Counted from the first letter of the stretch, positions 13,003 to 26,390 are shown. The stretch is 64,000 bases of DNA from Phyllobates terribilis (GCF_046119375.1 NW_027362772.1:222952001-223016000), one strand, 5' to 3'. Made by a program: numbers and translations. Notes: generated by a model not told the origin, from the letters alone.

Positions 13003-13519
13003 AAAAAAGCAAAATGGTGCCTATTCATTGAGTGATTGGATTGTTTATGCCGGAACAAAAATCATTGTTCAGCACATCGCCCAGTGTGAACTTACAGAAG
13101 TGCTGCTGATAACATGATACTGTATGGAGACAGATTAATCTACTGGTGATCATTCTGTCCCCATCATTCTTTGTCATCCTGTGTACAGAGACCAGGAAGC
13201 AAGAGTAGAATGACTTTAATATTGTCGATCGTGCTCGTTTAACGGCCTGAACTCAGCGCATGTAAATACAACCAAAATGTTTCTGTGTGCTTGTATGTTA
13301 GCATTTTGGGCCCCACTTTAATCTTTTGCCCAGGACCCCACTTTGTCTAATCCTGGCCCTGAGTAGGTGATAACATATTGATTGGTGGGGGTCTGATCGC
13401 TGGGATCCCCACTCACTGGGAATTGTTATCTCCAACAGAGCACTGTTATCCCCTTTTCAAAATGGAGCTGCAGGTCAAATGCCCAATGACTGCTTCATTC
13501 ATTTTCAATGGGTATGTTT

Positions 13520-14480
13520 CGGTGCCAGTTCAGACTGACAAGGATAAGGGTGAGGATAAAATCATGTTGAAGAATAGAGAAAAAGGAGAGGTTTATATGT
13601 GTATTGAGGGTCCTCTAGGGGCCCATTTAAAAAAGGAGGTAAAGGAAAAATTTTGGAAAGACGAATTTGTACAAAATTTTTCTCTTCTCCTGTTGGAGAA
13701 ATTTAATTTGGTCAAAAAAATAAGAGAAAAAGGAGAGGAAAAACATAGGTGCCAGCTGATTCCACAGATGTTAACAAATTAGTTGCAAACTTTTTCTACT
13801 CTGTCATTGGCAAAAGAACTTGGAAGCATTGCACCTGGCGATTTTGTTATGTGGATACCATAGTGGGTGCTCATTGCACTTACTGTGGGAGGACTTGGCT
13901 GCGGTAAGATGAGAAGTTTAGACAGAGAAAAGCAATGAAGCCCAGCAGTCGCTGGGACCACAAGACTATAGTCGGTCCTAGATAGACATAGATGGGCTAG
14001 TCCTTTCCAGATGGGGCTAGCCCATCCAGCCATTATGGGTTTCAGGGTCCTTTGCTCAGGCTGTGACTACAAGGACGAAATTTGAGTTGCCCTGGCATTT
14101 TAACAAAAGTCAATGTAAGTTTGGGGTTGGACTCCTTATCTAAATAAATACCCCAAATGGAATAAAGCTGGGGGAGGAGTTTAGTTTGGTTTTGGTATCC
14201 TCCCTTTGTTGCATGTGGTTCATTTTGGATTAAAAAATGTAAAGTTTGCCTACCAGCACCCCTTGGTCATGTCTCAAAAACGGACTCAGGAGGTTTCATT
14301 AGGACGTATGGCGGGACTTTCTGAGTCTCCCTTTTTTGACAAATAAATTTTGCCTCACTCGCCATCTCTCTTACCCCAAAGTGTGTGCAGTGAATTTTGA
14401 TGTGGCAGTTAGTTGGCTTAGGCCTTACAGGAGGGTGTCTCTTTTAGCGAAAACAGATATTGAGTCTGCTTCCACTAATT
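13520..14480 (+). mobile_element. Degraded tyrosine-recombinase retrotransposon (DIRS/Ngaro-like) ORF1 and RT fragments
   Basis: VYMCIEGPLGAHLKKEVKEKFWKDEFV resembles amphibian DIRS-type ORF1. HLSYPK and LLAKTDIESA match this group's RT. Many stops and deletions. Confidence 0.75.
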
Positions 14481-15500
14481 GCTTGTTCACCTCAAGAGTT
14501 AAAATTTGTTGGGATGTTTTTAGGTTGGTGGTTATTTTGTGGATTGGAGTCTTCCAATGGGTTGTTCGATTGTCGCTTGTTATTGTGATTGATAGAGTTG
14601 GTAGCTTGCCTTTATGGGGTTCCTTAAGGGATATTCCCATCTTCAAGATCCTATCCCAATATGTAGTAGGTGTAATAGTAATAATATTAGCAAATACCTA
14701 CAATTAGAAATGTAGCATAGTTCTTCTGATTCGTTATCTCGATTACCTCATGTGCAGGGTATTGAAGTAGCTTATTGAGGAGGGTGTGGAGATGTCACTT
14801 TTGTTGGTGACGTCATTTGCATTCTTAAGGGAGTCAAGTCATGCTCCCTGTGACAATTGAGAGGGGTTCTTGGAGTTGGTAAAATTGTTGAGGCAGGGTT
14901 TTAAACTGGGTTGATGGTACCATTGGATTGTGTTTATAATTTGGTACTGGCCTGGAATATTGGGACCCTTCAAGGTGGGGACCCTTGGAGTTGATTGCAT
15001 GATATTGGGTTCCTGAAATTATAGGTTCTCCAGGCACTGTGGTTGTGAGAGGGGGTATTGCTGAAAGGTTAACATTTTCCGTACAGCTAAACTCTTGGAG
15101 CTCCAAGAACCTCCTTACCTAAAATTTGTTATTTATTTATGTTTGCAATAAAGGCCATTTTTTACCAGTTTAGTCCAAAACCATTAGACTGTCTTAATTT
15201 GGAATTTGGGGAGATTGGTGGAGGAAAGCTAAGTTAGATAGCAGCCAGCCTCTAAAATACAGGAATCATATAACAATGACAACTCCAGGTGCAAACTAAA
15301 AATGTTATAAATTATATATTATTAATATTGGAAAATATTAATTATTTCAATGCATAACTTGCATTTACTATTATTTCCTGCAGTAAAATTGTTATTACTA
15401 TTTATTATAGTTCAAGTCATAAGTTTGGCGTAGGATAAGTACACAGTTTGTCTTTTGCACTCTAAGGTGGAAGCTGGACAGGAACTGGATGGGAGATATC

Positions 15501-16114
15501 TGTCACTGAGATGGTTAGCAGTGGTGATGTGAAGGATAGAAAATCAGGCTCTGGCACAGATAGAGCTGAGAGGGTTTTTTAATGGGGCCTGGATTTTTAG
15601 GTCCAGGTTTTAGGAGCGTTCAGAAGAGCTTGTTGGACCCAGCAGTGATCTCCACTTTCTGCTGCTAATTGACACCCCGTTGCTTGATATTTAAAAACCC
15701 TCATTGTCTACAGAGATTCGCCAGTGATTGAACTATTTTCCCTTTCTCAGGCCTGAAGTACTATCAGTCGGCTCGTTTCTTCTTTGAGTTTCTAGGTGGA
15801 TTATTGTCGTCTTCTCTCTGGTGTCTTCTCAAGCTAAGTGTATCCCCTTGTCTGTTTTCTTTGTTTGTCTATAGTTGCAGTGGGGGCTGACTAGTGCTCA
15901 CCCCTTCCCCTCCCTATCTAGGACCTAGCTCTAAGGACAGTTATGGATTAGGTACCCTGCTCAGCGATAGGTGCGGAACCTATTTTGGGATGGTAGTGTA
16001 GTCAGGGTGTTGTAAGATCGGCCTAGGGGTCTCCACTCTCCTATTCCCTAGTTGTTGGGATTCCCCCCTTTTCCCATCGTCATACACTTGGTCCTTCTTT
16101 TACCTAGCGTGACA
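15501..16114 (+). mobile_element. Probable isolated LTR
   Basis: TGTCA...GTGACA termini and ATTTAAAA TATA-like box near 15689. No matching target duplication. Confidence 0.45.
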
Positions 16115-17647
16115 GTAGGTGTACCTTCCCAGCATCTTTTCCTTTGATCACAGTTAGAGTTCTGGGAGGTTATTCTTGCTTCATTTATTTTTGGTTCTCC
16201 TTAGTTTTCCTGATCTCCCCATTATGAATGGGCTTTAAGTTTGTTCACCCTGGGTCTTAGTGTCCACCTGCACTCTTTCCTCTCCCCTTGTTAGTCTTTG
16301 TGTAGTGGCCTCCCCTCTTCTTCCTCAGGAGGCACCAGAAACCCCTCGATGGGCTTTTAGGGAGTAAGGTTCAAGATGGTCTTTTTAGTTGTGCAGCTAG
16401 GGATTGTCTAGTCTGTACAGGGACCAGTAGGATGTGAGTTCGGCTTCTCTCCGTAATAGGTCGTCCTTATTCCGGTTACCCGTGTGTGACTGTGTCACGT
16501 TCATAAAAGCATAGAGCTGAAATGGAGCTCTATGTTTTATTTATTTTACTCACTTATACACAACCATTAATTCCACAGCGCTTTACGATCATCAGCGCCG
16601 AACATGTTTCTCTCTAGCGATTAGATGAGATTGCCACTTGAAATACTCTTCCTATTTATTTCTGTTGTAAAATGGCCTACTGTTCATATGTCCAGTCTTT
16701 TAAGCTTTCTTTCTGCTCAAGGATTTAAAAAATGACTGATGGGAGAAAAAATGAGTGCCTCACTTTTATAAAACATCTCCCGGAGGAAAACTTTCTAAAT
16801 TATGCACTGTCAAATCAAAAGGCTGTAACAAAAAAGGCTCCAGGAAAATTACTCTGCAAACTCCACCAAAAACTCTTCAAAGAAAAAAAATGTTTCTTTA
16901 AACAGTTTCCACTAGAAAACTCTGCTTACTTGAAGTCGCTTTACTTTTTTGACTGGTTTTCACTGATGTTTTTTCATTCAAATCCATCAAAATGGCACAT
17001 GTAAATCATGAATTTAGCACAAAATCCAATATTGTCCTTTTTGCACGATCTGTGAAAGGATGTAAAAAATGCACTAAAATAACTTTCATACGTAAAATCA
17101 CTCCAGTGGGCGACTGGAGTAGAGTGGAGCTAAATTTGATGACTTCTTGAAAAAGTTTAATTTCATGAATTTATCTAAAATATGTGGAAAAGTCACACTG
17201 ACGTAAAAAACAGAAAACGAGCTAAACCCCAAATACGACTTCAAATTGTTTGATGAATTTGTCACAAAAGTCACTAATTGAGAAGTAATAATGCCAAAAA
17301 ATGGCGGAAATGCAATGATGAATCCGGCCCTCTGTGTTTACACAACCTTAAATGGACCAGAATCACTGGTCCTCTTCTCCACTTACTAATTAGACATGTA
17401 TGTTGTATATCATTGATATGCCATAAATGTTAGTAATATTAAATGCAAAGAAACATTAAATTTGTATTTTTTTTTAAAGATTTTTTTAATAAGAATTGCA
17501 TGGAGGAATTAATAGATGTTCTTGGAGGGGCCATTGCCTTCTGCAGTTATTTCTTGGTGGTCAGGTACATGGCACAAGTCCTTCCGCACAGGTACAGCCT
17601 TGATGGTGGAGATGCTGTACTTCCTTCAGGGCGCTAGATGTGGAGGT

Positions 17648-17653
17648 TTTATT
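17648..17653 (-). terminator. Candidate polyadenylation signal of the kinase gene
   Basis: AATAAA on the minus strand about 23 nt after the stop codon. Confidence 0.45.
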
Positions 17654-17675
17654 CCTATGAGTTATCTCTGGTGCC

Positions 17676-20600
17676 TCAGCGGCAGCCGGCAGGAATACAG
17701 CTTCCTCCGATGAAGCGAGCAGCCCTGGATAATCCTCGCCGGCAGGATGATATCACCCGGCGGAAGATGGAACCTATGAGAAGAGATATAAAAATAATGT
17801 CAGTAATGGGCCTCCATATTAGAGGATACTGGGACAGGACAGTAGAGGGGTCTTCTCCATACAGAGGTACGGGGTCATTGTCAGTCATCATACATGTGAC
17901 AATCCCACCACTGACAGGTAACATCTGCTCCACGTGACTTCTTCTCACTGACGTCATACAACATGGAGCCTATTGTCACACTTACCTCTTCTACTTTCCA
18001 CTTCTTCTACTTTCTCCGGTTTCTGTTTTTTTCTCAGTTTTAATACAGATTTTCTGCTCTTCTTAACTGGAAATTCTTATAAGAAAGTAAAAAAACATGT
18101 TATTATAAACTCCTAACACATTAGCTTTATATCTTTATGTAGCAGAACTATTTTATTCTTATACCCTATAGTCCGGGCATTCTGGTATTTCATCAGCGCA
18201 GAATATGTCATATGTACAAGGCATCACCTGAGAGCTTGAGCATTAGATTAATATGGACTAGTAGGTTTCATGTGGTGTCTGTTCCCTTATTAATATACAA
18301 ATTGCCTCTTCAGAGAGGAAGAGAACTTGAACTCTAGCACCCCCTATTGGAAGTCGCAATCCTAAAAGTCAATATCGACTCTTTAAAGGGGATCTGTCAG
18401 CACACTTTTTCTATGTAATCTGAGAGCAGCATTATGTAGACCCTGATTCTAGAGATGTGTCACTTACTGGACTGTGTTTTGCTGTTTTAATACAATCAGT
18501 ATTTTATCAGCAGGAGATTATCACTGCAGGAAAAGATGCCTTGTGCATCTTAGTCCAACCACACAACACTGATTAGCAGCTCTCTGTCACTATATAATGT
18601 ACACAAAAACTGAGCTCTGCTGGATCTGCAGCAGAGAAAACTATTCCTCAATCCTAACTGCTGCACCCAGTAACTAAGTGACACATCGCTGGAATCAGGG
18701 TCTCTGTTCCCACCTCATGCTGCTGTAGGATTTCATAGCAAAAACCTGCTGACAAATTCCCTGTAACTAGCGCTGCCACATGACGTGGGATAAAAGCCAA
18801 ACCGGACGCTCAATCTGCAGACGTGTTTCGGGGTGATTGCAAAGCAAGAGTTTTATTTCTAGGGGAAATGTCTCCACTTGTGGAGAGTGACTTGCCTGAC
18901 ATAGCCAGAAGGAAAGTGAATAAAAACCAGCCGGTGATGTACTTCTTCCAATAAATATTATGTTGGTTACAGAAGAAGAAAAGTTACAATTAGGATAGGA
19001 GAACATCTCCGCGATATTTCACATAACAGCAGAAAGCGACAGATCTCACCTGCTGGAAATCCTCCTATCACCGCACACTGCAGACGCATCTACTGTCACT
19101 GCATGTGGCATCGAGAGAACTGATCGTCTGCCCCGTGGTGGGAACAGAAAAAGCCATTTACTGCATACAGACACTTTCTGGATGTTCACACTACTGTAGA
19201 TATGATTTTTCCCAATGGAATGAACTTATAAAGGGAACTAATGTTTCATTACTAGCGCCACAATATTCCTTTCCATGTAATTATCTGATATTCACTGTTA
19301 CAATAGATTTGCCTTGTTACTGGTTTTGGTTTTCCCTTTTTCCCCCTTGCTATGGATTATGCATCATCACTGTGGGTTGCGTTGAGGCTTACATCCTATA
19401 CCCACTGAAGTTCAGCTGCTACATTCTCTATTTTCCTGTGATGGCTTACACTGGTAAGACGTCTTAAAGACCAGAGGAGCATTGCATGCCCTATAAGACT
19501 CATCACGCTGGCATGTGACTCTCCACAAGGCGAGACGTTACCCCTTAGATCTCTTATTCATATGGTATTATTTGCAGCATGCCACAGTGTTCTCATATAA
19601 TCAATTAGATAAAACCTCAATGTAACTATAACGGCATAAAAGCCCATATCAAGCTATAGGCAAAGTGTTCAAGATCAGTTTGGCTCAAAACTGTGAGACC
19701 GCATTTAACGGACACCAAAAAAGAGAATTTCTACGCACTGAAGTTCAAAAAAGTAATGATCTTCTGAGCCTCCTTGTACACATTCACATTGTACTCTGAT
19801 CATAGACTATAACAAGATGTGCTATACACCTGCACATACCTGACGATGTGGAGGAGGATGACGTGCCTTCTCTAGCAGTGAGATCAGTTCCAGGAGAAGA
19901 TTCTTTCTGTCTGTTTGGTAGAAGAAAAACATGTAAATTACAAGTAAATCAATAGAAAATGTTAAGACACCAGTATGCAAGGCCAATTAGATCAACATGG
20001 AGGGGATATTCTGTCCAGGACCCTCCTCTTCTATTAGGAAGAATTGAGATCCACTAAATATTATGGCCCTCAGTGACTGGAAATAAATGACTGGTAGTCA
20101 GAGTAATCACAAGCCAGAGCCACAGTGATCAGCAATAATGGATTGGTGACTGCTGGATTTTATGTTGTGTTACTTGTATCTTGTATATGTTGTTCTGATC
20201 ACATTATATCGGATCTAAACCCCACAATATTAATCTACTCACATTTCTGAGTGTTTTTTTCTTTTTTCTATGGGAGAATTCACTGGAGGCTCATTGGGAT
20301 CCTCATTATCCATCACCCTAGTATTGGTGGTACATAGCTAAAATACAGAGAAAGATAAAATGTAAAACATACATCGTTCTGAACTTTTTTTAATTATAGG
20401 TTTTGCAGTTGTAATGGGTCTCAGACTTACATTAACAAGCCTTTGAGTAGATGATACAAAGTTGTGGCTTTCTTGCCAGTCATTCTCCTCGCTTGTATCC
20501 CCTTCACTTGAGTCCATATGTTTGTATATCCAGGAGTGAGCTACAAAGTGTAAGTACAGTAGTATCAGAGATTATTAGAATAAAACACTGTCACACAAAA

Positions 20601-23600
20601 TCACCATGTTATCACTAATAATGATAGGAACTGATTGTCACATAAAGTGAAAAACAAGACAAACAACAGTTTGTTCCAGATGACGTCTCATTCTACTTAC
20701 GTTCAAAGTGGCTGGTGTCCACGTCTGACACCAGATGAGGAACATACAGGGGCCTCTGACTTAGAAGGTTGGCAAAGTCTAAGTTACGCAGGAACGGATG
20801 ACTCTTAATCTCATTTGCTCCTCCTGGAAAAGGAAAACAAAAAAAAATCTTATACAGACATTATCAGAGACTGCTACAAATCCGTATAGTTTGCATTTAT
20901 CTCAACTGCAGATGTAGCAAAGCCTATGTGAGTTAAATATACTGAAAATCATAGCATGACGAATGGGAATAGGACAAGTAGGAAAAGTAGAGAATCTCAG
21001 TGCTAATTCACATGGACATGATCTTCTATAATAACTTATTATTAATAATATTATATACATTACTTGTCCCAAGTCTTTGCGCTGGATTTTTTCTGAGCAT
21101 CGCAGTGATGATGTCCTGAGCTTTGGGTGGGAGAAGGAAATTGTAAAATTTCCAAGCTACATTATCTGTCAAAAAAGGAAAAAAAAAAATATATTACAGA
21201 AAGTAAAATCTCTTCATTTATTGTAACATAAAAACCTCTGCTTAACAAAGAACTAAACCTAAGAACCAATCTAAGCAAGTGAACCAAATAACAAGGACAT
21301 TACATAGAATTCTGTTTATTTTACTTACCCCTGCAAATATTGTCAAGAACCTCAATTATAGAACTCCCATCAAATGGTACAAATCCTAAAAGAAATTTAT
21401 ATAGGATGATTCCTATTGACCACCAGTCAACAGGTCTTCCATAGCCTTTCTGAAGTATGACTTCTGGGGCTATGTAATAGGGAGTGCCAGGCATCTGGAA
21501 ACCAACAGAAGAATGAGATGATGATCAATGAATAGAATTGTCACAAATAACATCAATGGAAATGTTTTTTAGATGAGCAAATATCATAGAAGCTGAAATA
21601 GAAGAGATCTCTAAAGAATAAAACCCTATACGTAATGCTGACCTTGTCATCACAGAACTCTCTGGTGATGTTTTCCCTTAGAGACTTGTAGATGTCTGAT
21701 GTAGGTCTCATGAGGCCGATTTTTGAAAGCCCAAAATCGGTGACCTTAATGTGTCCAGTTGATGTTATCAGGAGACTGTGAAAGAAAAGACAGTGTTAGC
21801 CCCAAGTAATAACTCATAGATTGTATAACAAACTCTACATTTCTTCCCCTTTATTATAGGGGTCACTTACTTCTCAGGCTTTAGGTCTCTGTGCACCACA
21901 CCATAGCTATGCAGGTATTCCACAGCGAGAACCGTTTCTGCAATGTACATGCGGGCCAAGGGTACAGGTAAAGAACCATCGAAAGGACCTCCGAGCTTCA
22001 TAAGAGTGGCACAGTCTCCTCCTACAGCAGGAAAAAAAGACAGCTGAGGGTTTGTTACAATGTAAACCACACATGAATGAATGACCTTCTGAATGAAAGA
22101 TAAGTGGAGATATTGAGGTAGGGCGTAATACCTAGAGATATACTGTATAAGAGGAGCGTATATTATATACTTTAGAGTGGCCCTATATAAGAAAATAGAG
22201 GAGGACCCAATCTACAAGCCTCTTATTTCTCTATGAAAGTGCTCATCTATGCAAACTGCTAAAATAATGTCAAATCCTCCTTTTATCCGTAGCAGAAATG
22301 ACAGACTTTACTCAGTGAGGACGAACATGGGAGACTTTCACAGAGATAAGTAATTTTCCAGGCAATTTGGTAATAGATGACTAATAGTAATTGCAGTGTG
22401 GACATTTAATGGTCGTCCATGAGGACATTTAATGGTCGTCCATGTGGACATTTAATAGTCATCCATGTGGACATGTAATCGTCATCCATGTGGACATGTA
22501 ATCGTCATCCATGTGGACATGTAATCGTCGTCCATGTGGACATGTAATCGTCGTCCATGTGGACATGTAATCGTCTTCCATGTGGACATGTAATCGTCGT
22601 CCATGTGGACATGTAATTGTCATCCATGTGGACATGTAATCGTCATCCATGTGGACTTGTAATCATCATGAATTAGATGCTTGGAGTTCAGGAGACATGG
22701 GCCGAATGTAGATACAATATATAATGTCCTACCTGCTACGTACTCCATGACCATACACAGATGAGACTTGGTAGGAAAAGAGCATAACATGGAGACCACA
22801 AAGGGATTATCAGCGAATGCTAGGATGTCCCTCTCTTGAAAGGCCCGCTCAACTTGCTCTGGCTTCCTCAGGTTCTGCTTGTTCAGTTTCTTCATAGTGA
22901 ATACCTTGTTGGTGTCTTTATGATGCACTAAGTGGACGGCTCTGGAGGAGAGGAAAATCCATGATTTAAAATGAATCCTTATTAACAGACTGTTTATAGA
23001 CCACATCAAATGGTCTTCTGTACTAATGGTTACTAGGTTAACACTAGATGTACGGTCATTAGAAATCCATGTATAAATACATAAGATCACATTACATAAA
23101 TGATCACCTATGGGAGGTTCTCACGCCTGTCACATCCTAGCTGATTATATAGTGACATTGATGTGGGTAATGTATATAATGCCAACATAAAACTCACCCA
23201 AATGTTCCACTGCTGAACAGTTTGATTGATTCATAGTCGTTTTTACACGGCTTTTTCTCTGGATTCAATGATCTGATCAAGGCCTAGAAAAGAAAATTAC
23301 ATTTTTTAGACATAAAAGCTGCAGGAAAATCCTAGCTCCAGATGAAGGAACTTCTCACTGCCTGCCTGATACATGGACCTCCACAGACACTGTTGTATTA
23401 TAGGGGATATCCTCCATACACATATGTGACTGTACAACAGGGGGGTATAAGGGATATCACACAGAGGAGTCAGCAATAAAACTGCTGTCATCACACACAA
23501 TAGATATGATCTACACTGAGAATAGAGCTATCCCATCGTCTCCTGGGGTATAATATTGGATGGATTTCACTCCCCGTTATCTGATGATATACAGACGTCT

Positions 23601-25102
23601 CCCTCGGATACTTACACTGTCAGATTCGTGGATCTTTGGTGTCTCATCTATTCCATGATCAGTATTTCCAGATACAGTTATTTCTAAAATAATAAAGAGA
23701 CATCACGTATTAGACTACACCAATACCTGACATATAGCACATAATATATAACATATCACTATAAAAAGTCTGCAGGACTGCACCTCTGTAAATGGTATTA
23801 GCACTGGGTATATAGATATTCTGCTCACACTGTATATATTCATGGCATGTCCATAGATAGCAGTCACAGCCTCATATACAGGATAGAGCGTAAGGCCTCA
23901 TTCAGACGGCAGTTTGATCAGAGTTTCATCAGTTTTTTCACTGATGAGAAACAAAATTAAAGTTTCTCCACCTTCTCCTATCTGTCAGTCAGCGAAAATC
24001 AGAAAGGATAGCACTCGTCCATGAAAAACTGACGTGTGAATGAGGCCTAAATCTACATATTCTCAGGTGTCTCTATATTATTTAGATGTGTGTAAGAATA
24101 TTAGATGATCGGCTTACCTTCTATCAGATCACTGTTTAGCCCCCGCTGACTGGTATTAGGCTCCGGGACATATAGGTTTTTCACCTTTTCAAAGTAACCT
24201 TTTGATGTTCCCTGAGGGTTATATGTACAATTAATATAACATTTCATAAATAGTAATTTGCCGTATACATAAAACAGAAAGGACTAAACCTGATTTACTG
24301 GATAATTTCAGTATTGGACGGACTATACACGGCCGCTCCCTCCAGTAAATCCAGACTAATATATAACAAACTTGTATATACAATTGTTCTCTAATAACTG
24401 CTATTATCAGAACTTTACAAGAAGGAAGACTGTGATGATTGGATGAGAAAGAGGCGGAAATACAAACTCTGCGCCACTGAGTCCAGGCTGTCATCACAGA
24501 TGATGGAGACGCAGAGACAGGCCTGGAGCCAACATGGAGGTCTCCAAAATCATAAATCTGTCCTTCTACTAAATTACTGGTAATCTGGAGATCAGACCAC
24601 AAGGACATATGGTATAGAAGATGATGGATCCTTACCGGGACTTCCAGTGTATACTCCAGTACATACAGGACATTTTGGGCCAGTTGTTTGAAAAAGGCCA
24701 ACTCTCCACTCTGGGATTTTTTTTCAGCCTGTATAGATGAAAACAAAAAGAAAAATCAGAAAATCAGGTTCTATATTATATTAATAGAGGTCGAAAGAAA
24801 AGAAAAAATGTAAATAAACTAGTCTGCTATGATTATTATTCATTATTATTTTGTGCAGATTGTCTGCATCTTACCTGTTGTACTAATGTCCAGATGTTCA
24901 TCTGTAAATGCTCAAGATATTTTGAGCTTATTTGACCTTGGTGGTATTTGGTCAGGCAGTCTTTTACAAGCTCCATAACCAGCCGGTAAGTGAAGCTGAT
25001 GACGCCATCAGGCAGGGGTAGCACGAAGTCAGGGGTGTAGGTGGTAACAATCCCCTGGAGCAGTGCCAACACCTGAAGTTTTTCGGGAGGAATTCTCCGC
25101 AT
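17676..25102 (-). CDS. MAST-family (microtubule-associated Ser/Thr kinase-like) protein without a PDZ domain; 16 coding exons, about 638 aa
   Basis: Exons 5'->3': 25102-24875, 24728-24636, 24211-24118, 23683-23616, 23283-23198, 22941-22733, 22021-21871, 21775-21643, 21494-21329, 21165-21064, 20823-20701, 20540-20431, 20337-20243, 19910-19840, 18075-17986, 17773-17676. All introns GT-AG with matching phases; sum 1917 nt with no internal stop. DUF1908-like [11 protein letters not shown], then [41 protein letters not shown] and the AGC tail DTSHFE. The start ATG is tentative. Confidence 0.92.
18387..18762. mobile_element. Intronic MITE (TTAA-targeting, T2/Kolobok-like)
   Basis: TTAA|AGGGGATCTGTCAGCA ... 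TGCTGACAAATTCCCT|GTAA inverted termini. Confidence 0.72.
22397..22669. repeat. Intronic 23-bp minisatellite (GTGGACATGTAATCGTCATCCAT), about 12 copies
   Basis: Directly visible tandem array. Confidence 0.93.
23893..24048. mobile_element. Intronic MITE (156 bp)
   Basis: 16-bp inverted repeats AGGCCTCATTCAGACG and CGTGTGAATGAGGCCT (1 mismatch). Confidence 0.75.
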
Positions 25103-25734
25103 TTCAAAGAAATCCAAGCGCGGTTAGGATATCACTAACTTTGTAGCCAAAATCACTAACAACAATGACACCTGGGCTGTAAACACTGGTGTTAGTAGTG
25201 GTGGTGAATTGTGATGTCAGAATGGAATCCTGTGATGTCATGATGGAATCCTGTGGTGTAATCTTAAAGAGGCATCTTACTTTACAAGGAAGTTGCCTAC
25301 AAACACTTAAGGCGGCAACACCATAGTCTGAGCATCAGTACTAGACTCAGGCATGGAGGAAGAGCCATGGCTGCTCCTGAATACTGAAATTCTTAGGGGT
25401 CTTTATATTCGGAAATTCTTAGATGCTAGATTCCAGATGCAAATCGTTCTTCATATGTGTCCACATTTACACTTTTCTGGATATTGTGACTTCTTGTTTC
25501 ATAGATACGATTTCATTATATTAAGAAATTACATTATATTAAGAAATACTTGATTCATATCTGGCATACCAATTGACTACAATGTGAGCGTCCAATAGTA
25601 GTGACTCTCATACCAGTAGATAGGCTCCGAATCAAGAAAAGGGGAAAGAATATGACAAGAAATGCATCAAACCACGAGGCCATGTTCCTACGTAGCAGAA
25701 ATGCTGCATTTTTTTCACTGCCTTTTTTGTTTAA

Positions 25735-26390
25735 CCCCTTCACGACGCGGCCAATTTCCGTTTTTGCTTTTTTGTATTTTCCGCACCTTCATTCAGCACC
25801 AGAACTTTTTACATTTTCTCTCCACATAGACATACAAGGGCTTGTTTTATGTGGAATGAGTTGTACTTTTGAGAGATACCATTAATTTTATGACAGAGTG
25901 TTCTGGAAAACACAAAATAAGTTCCAAGTAGGGAGAAATTGTGAAGAAAACGCAATTCTGACATTGTTTCTTGGAATTGCTTTTACAGTGTACATTTTGT
26001 GGTAAAAATTACCATGCAGTATGATTCTGCTCCTCAGTATGATTATGGCGATTCCAAACATATCCAGTTTTCTTTTATTAATTTAATGGTGAAAAAAAGA
26101 TCAGAAGTTTGCAATAAAACATTTTAGTAGTTGTGTCGCCATTTTCCTCGACCTGTAATCTTTTCATTTATCGGTCAGTGGAGCTGAGTGATGGTTTATT
26201 TTTTGTGGGGTGAGACAACGTTTTTATTGATACCATTTTGGGATAGATAAGAAGTTTTGTTTGCTAGTTACTGAATTGTTTGTGGTGTTCTTGAATTCTT
26301 TTTCATTTATGGTGTTTACTGATTGGGTTCATTATTTTTAATTTTGAAAGATCTGACTTTTCTGAATGCAGCTATACCACTTTTTTTATA
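25735..26390 (+). mobile_element. Left part of a TTAA-flanked piggyBac-like non-autonomous element
   Basis: TTAA|CCCCTTCACGAC terminus. The interior resembles 55300-56216, which ends in AAGGGG|TTAA. Confidence 0.55.

Noticed and set aside
10861-13117. Many ORFs rich in Tyr, Cys, Ile and Gly (YYMGLHYTIWGCIIL)
   Set aside because: They are translations of the satellite in all three frames, not genes.
14480-15110. Possible Penelope ORF remnant on the minus strand
   Set aside because: Only vague similarity by eye; cannot be supported without a search.
18820-18835. GACGTGTTTCGGGGTG, resembling the antisense of a hammerhead GAAA / stem III half
   Set aside because: No CUGANGA half is present, so at most a fragment.
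19050-19119. Possible extra kinase-gene exon (AG...GTGAG)
   Set aside because: 70 nt long, so it would shift the frame between exons 14 and 15, and its acceptor is weak. The gene joins in frame without it.
22397-22669. Regular repeats that could be mistaken for a CRISPR array (also 62011-62445)
   Set aside because: Head-to-tail units with no unique spacers, in eukaryotic DNA.
24231-24635. Read-through of ORF 24231-24746 past the exon 2 donor
   Set aside because: MAST similarity resumes in the phase-compatible exon 24211-24118, so the extension is intron.
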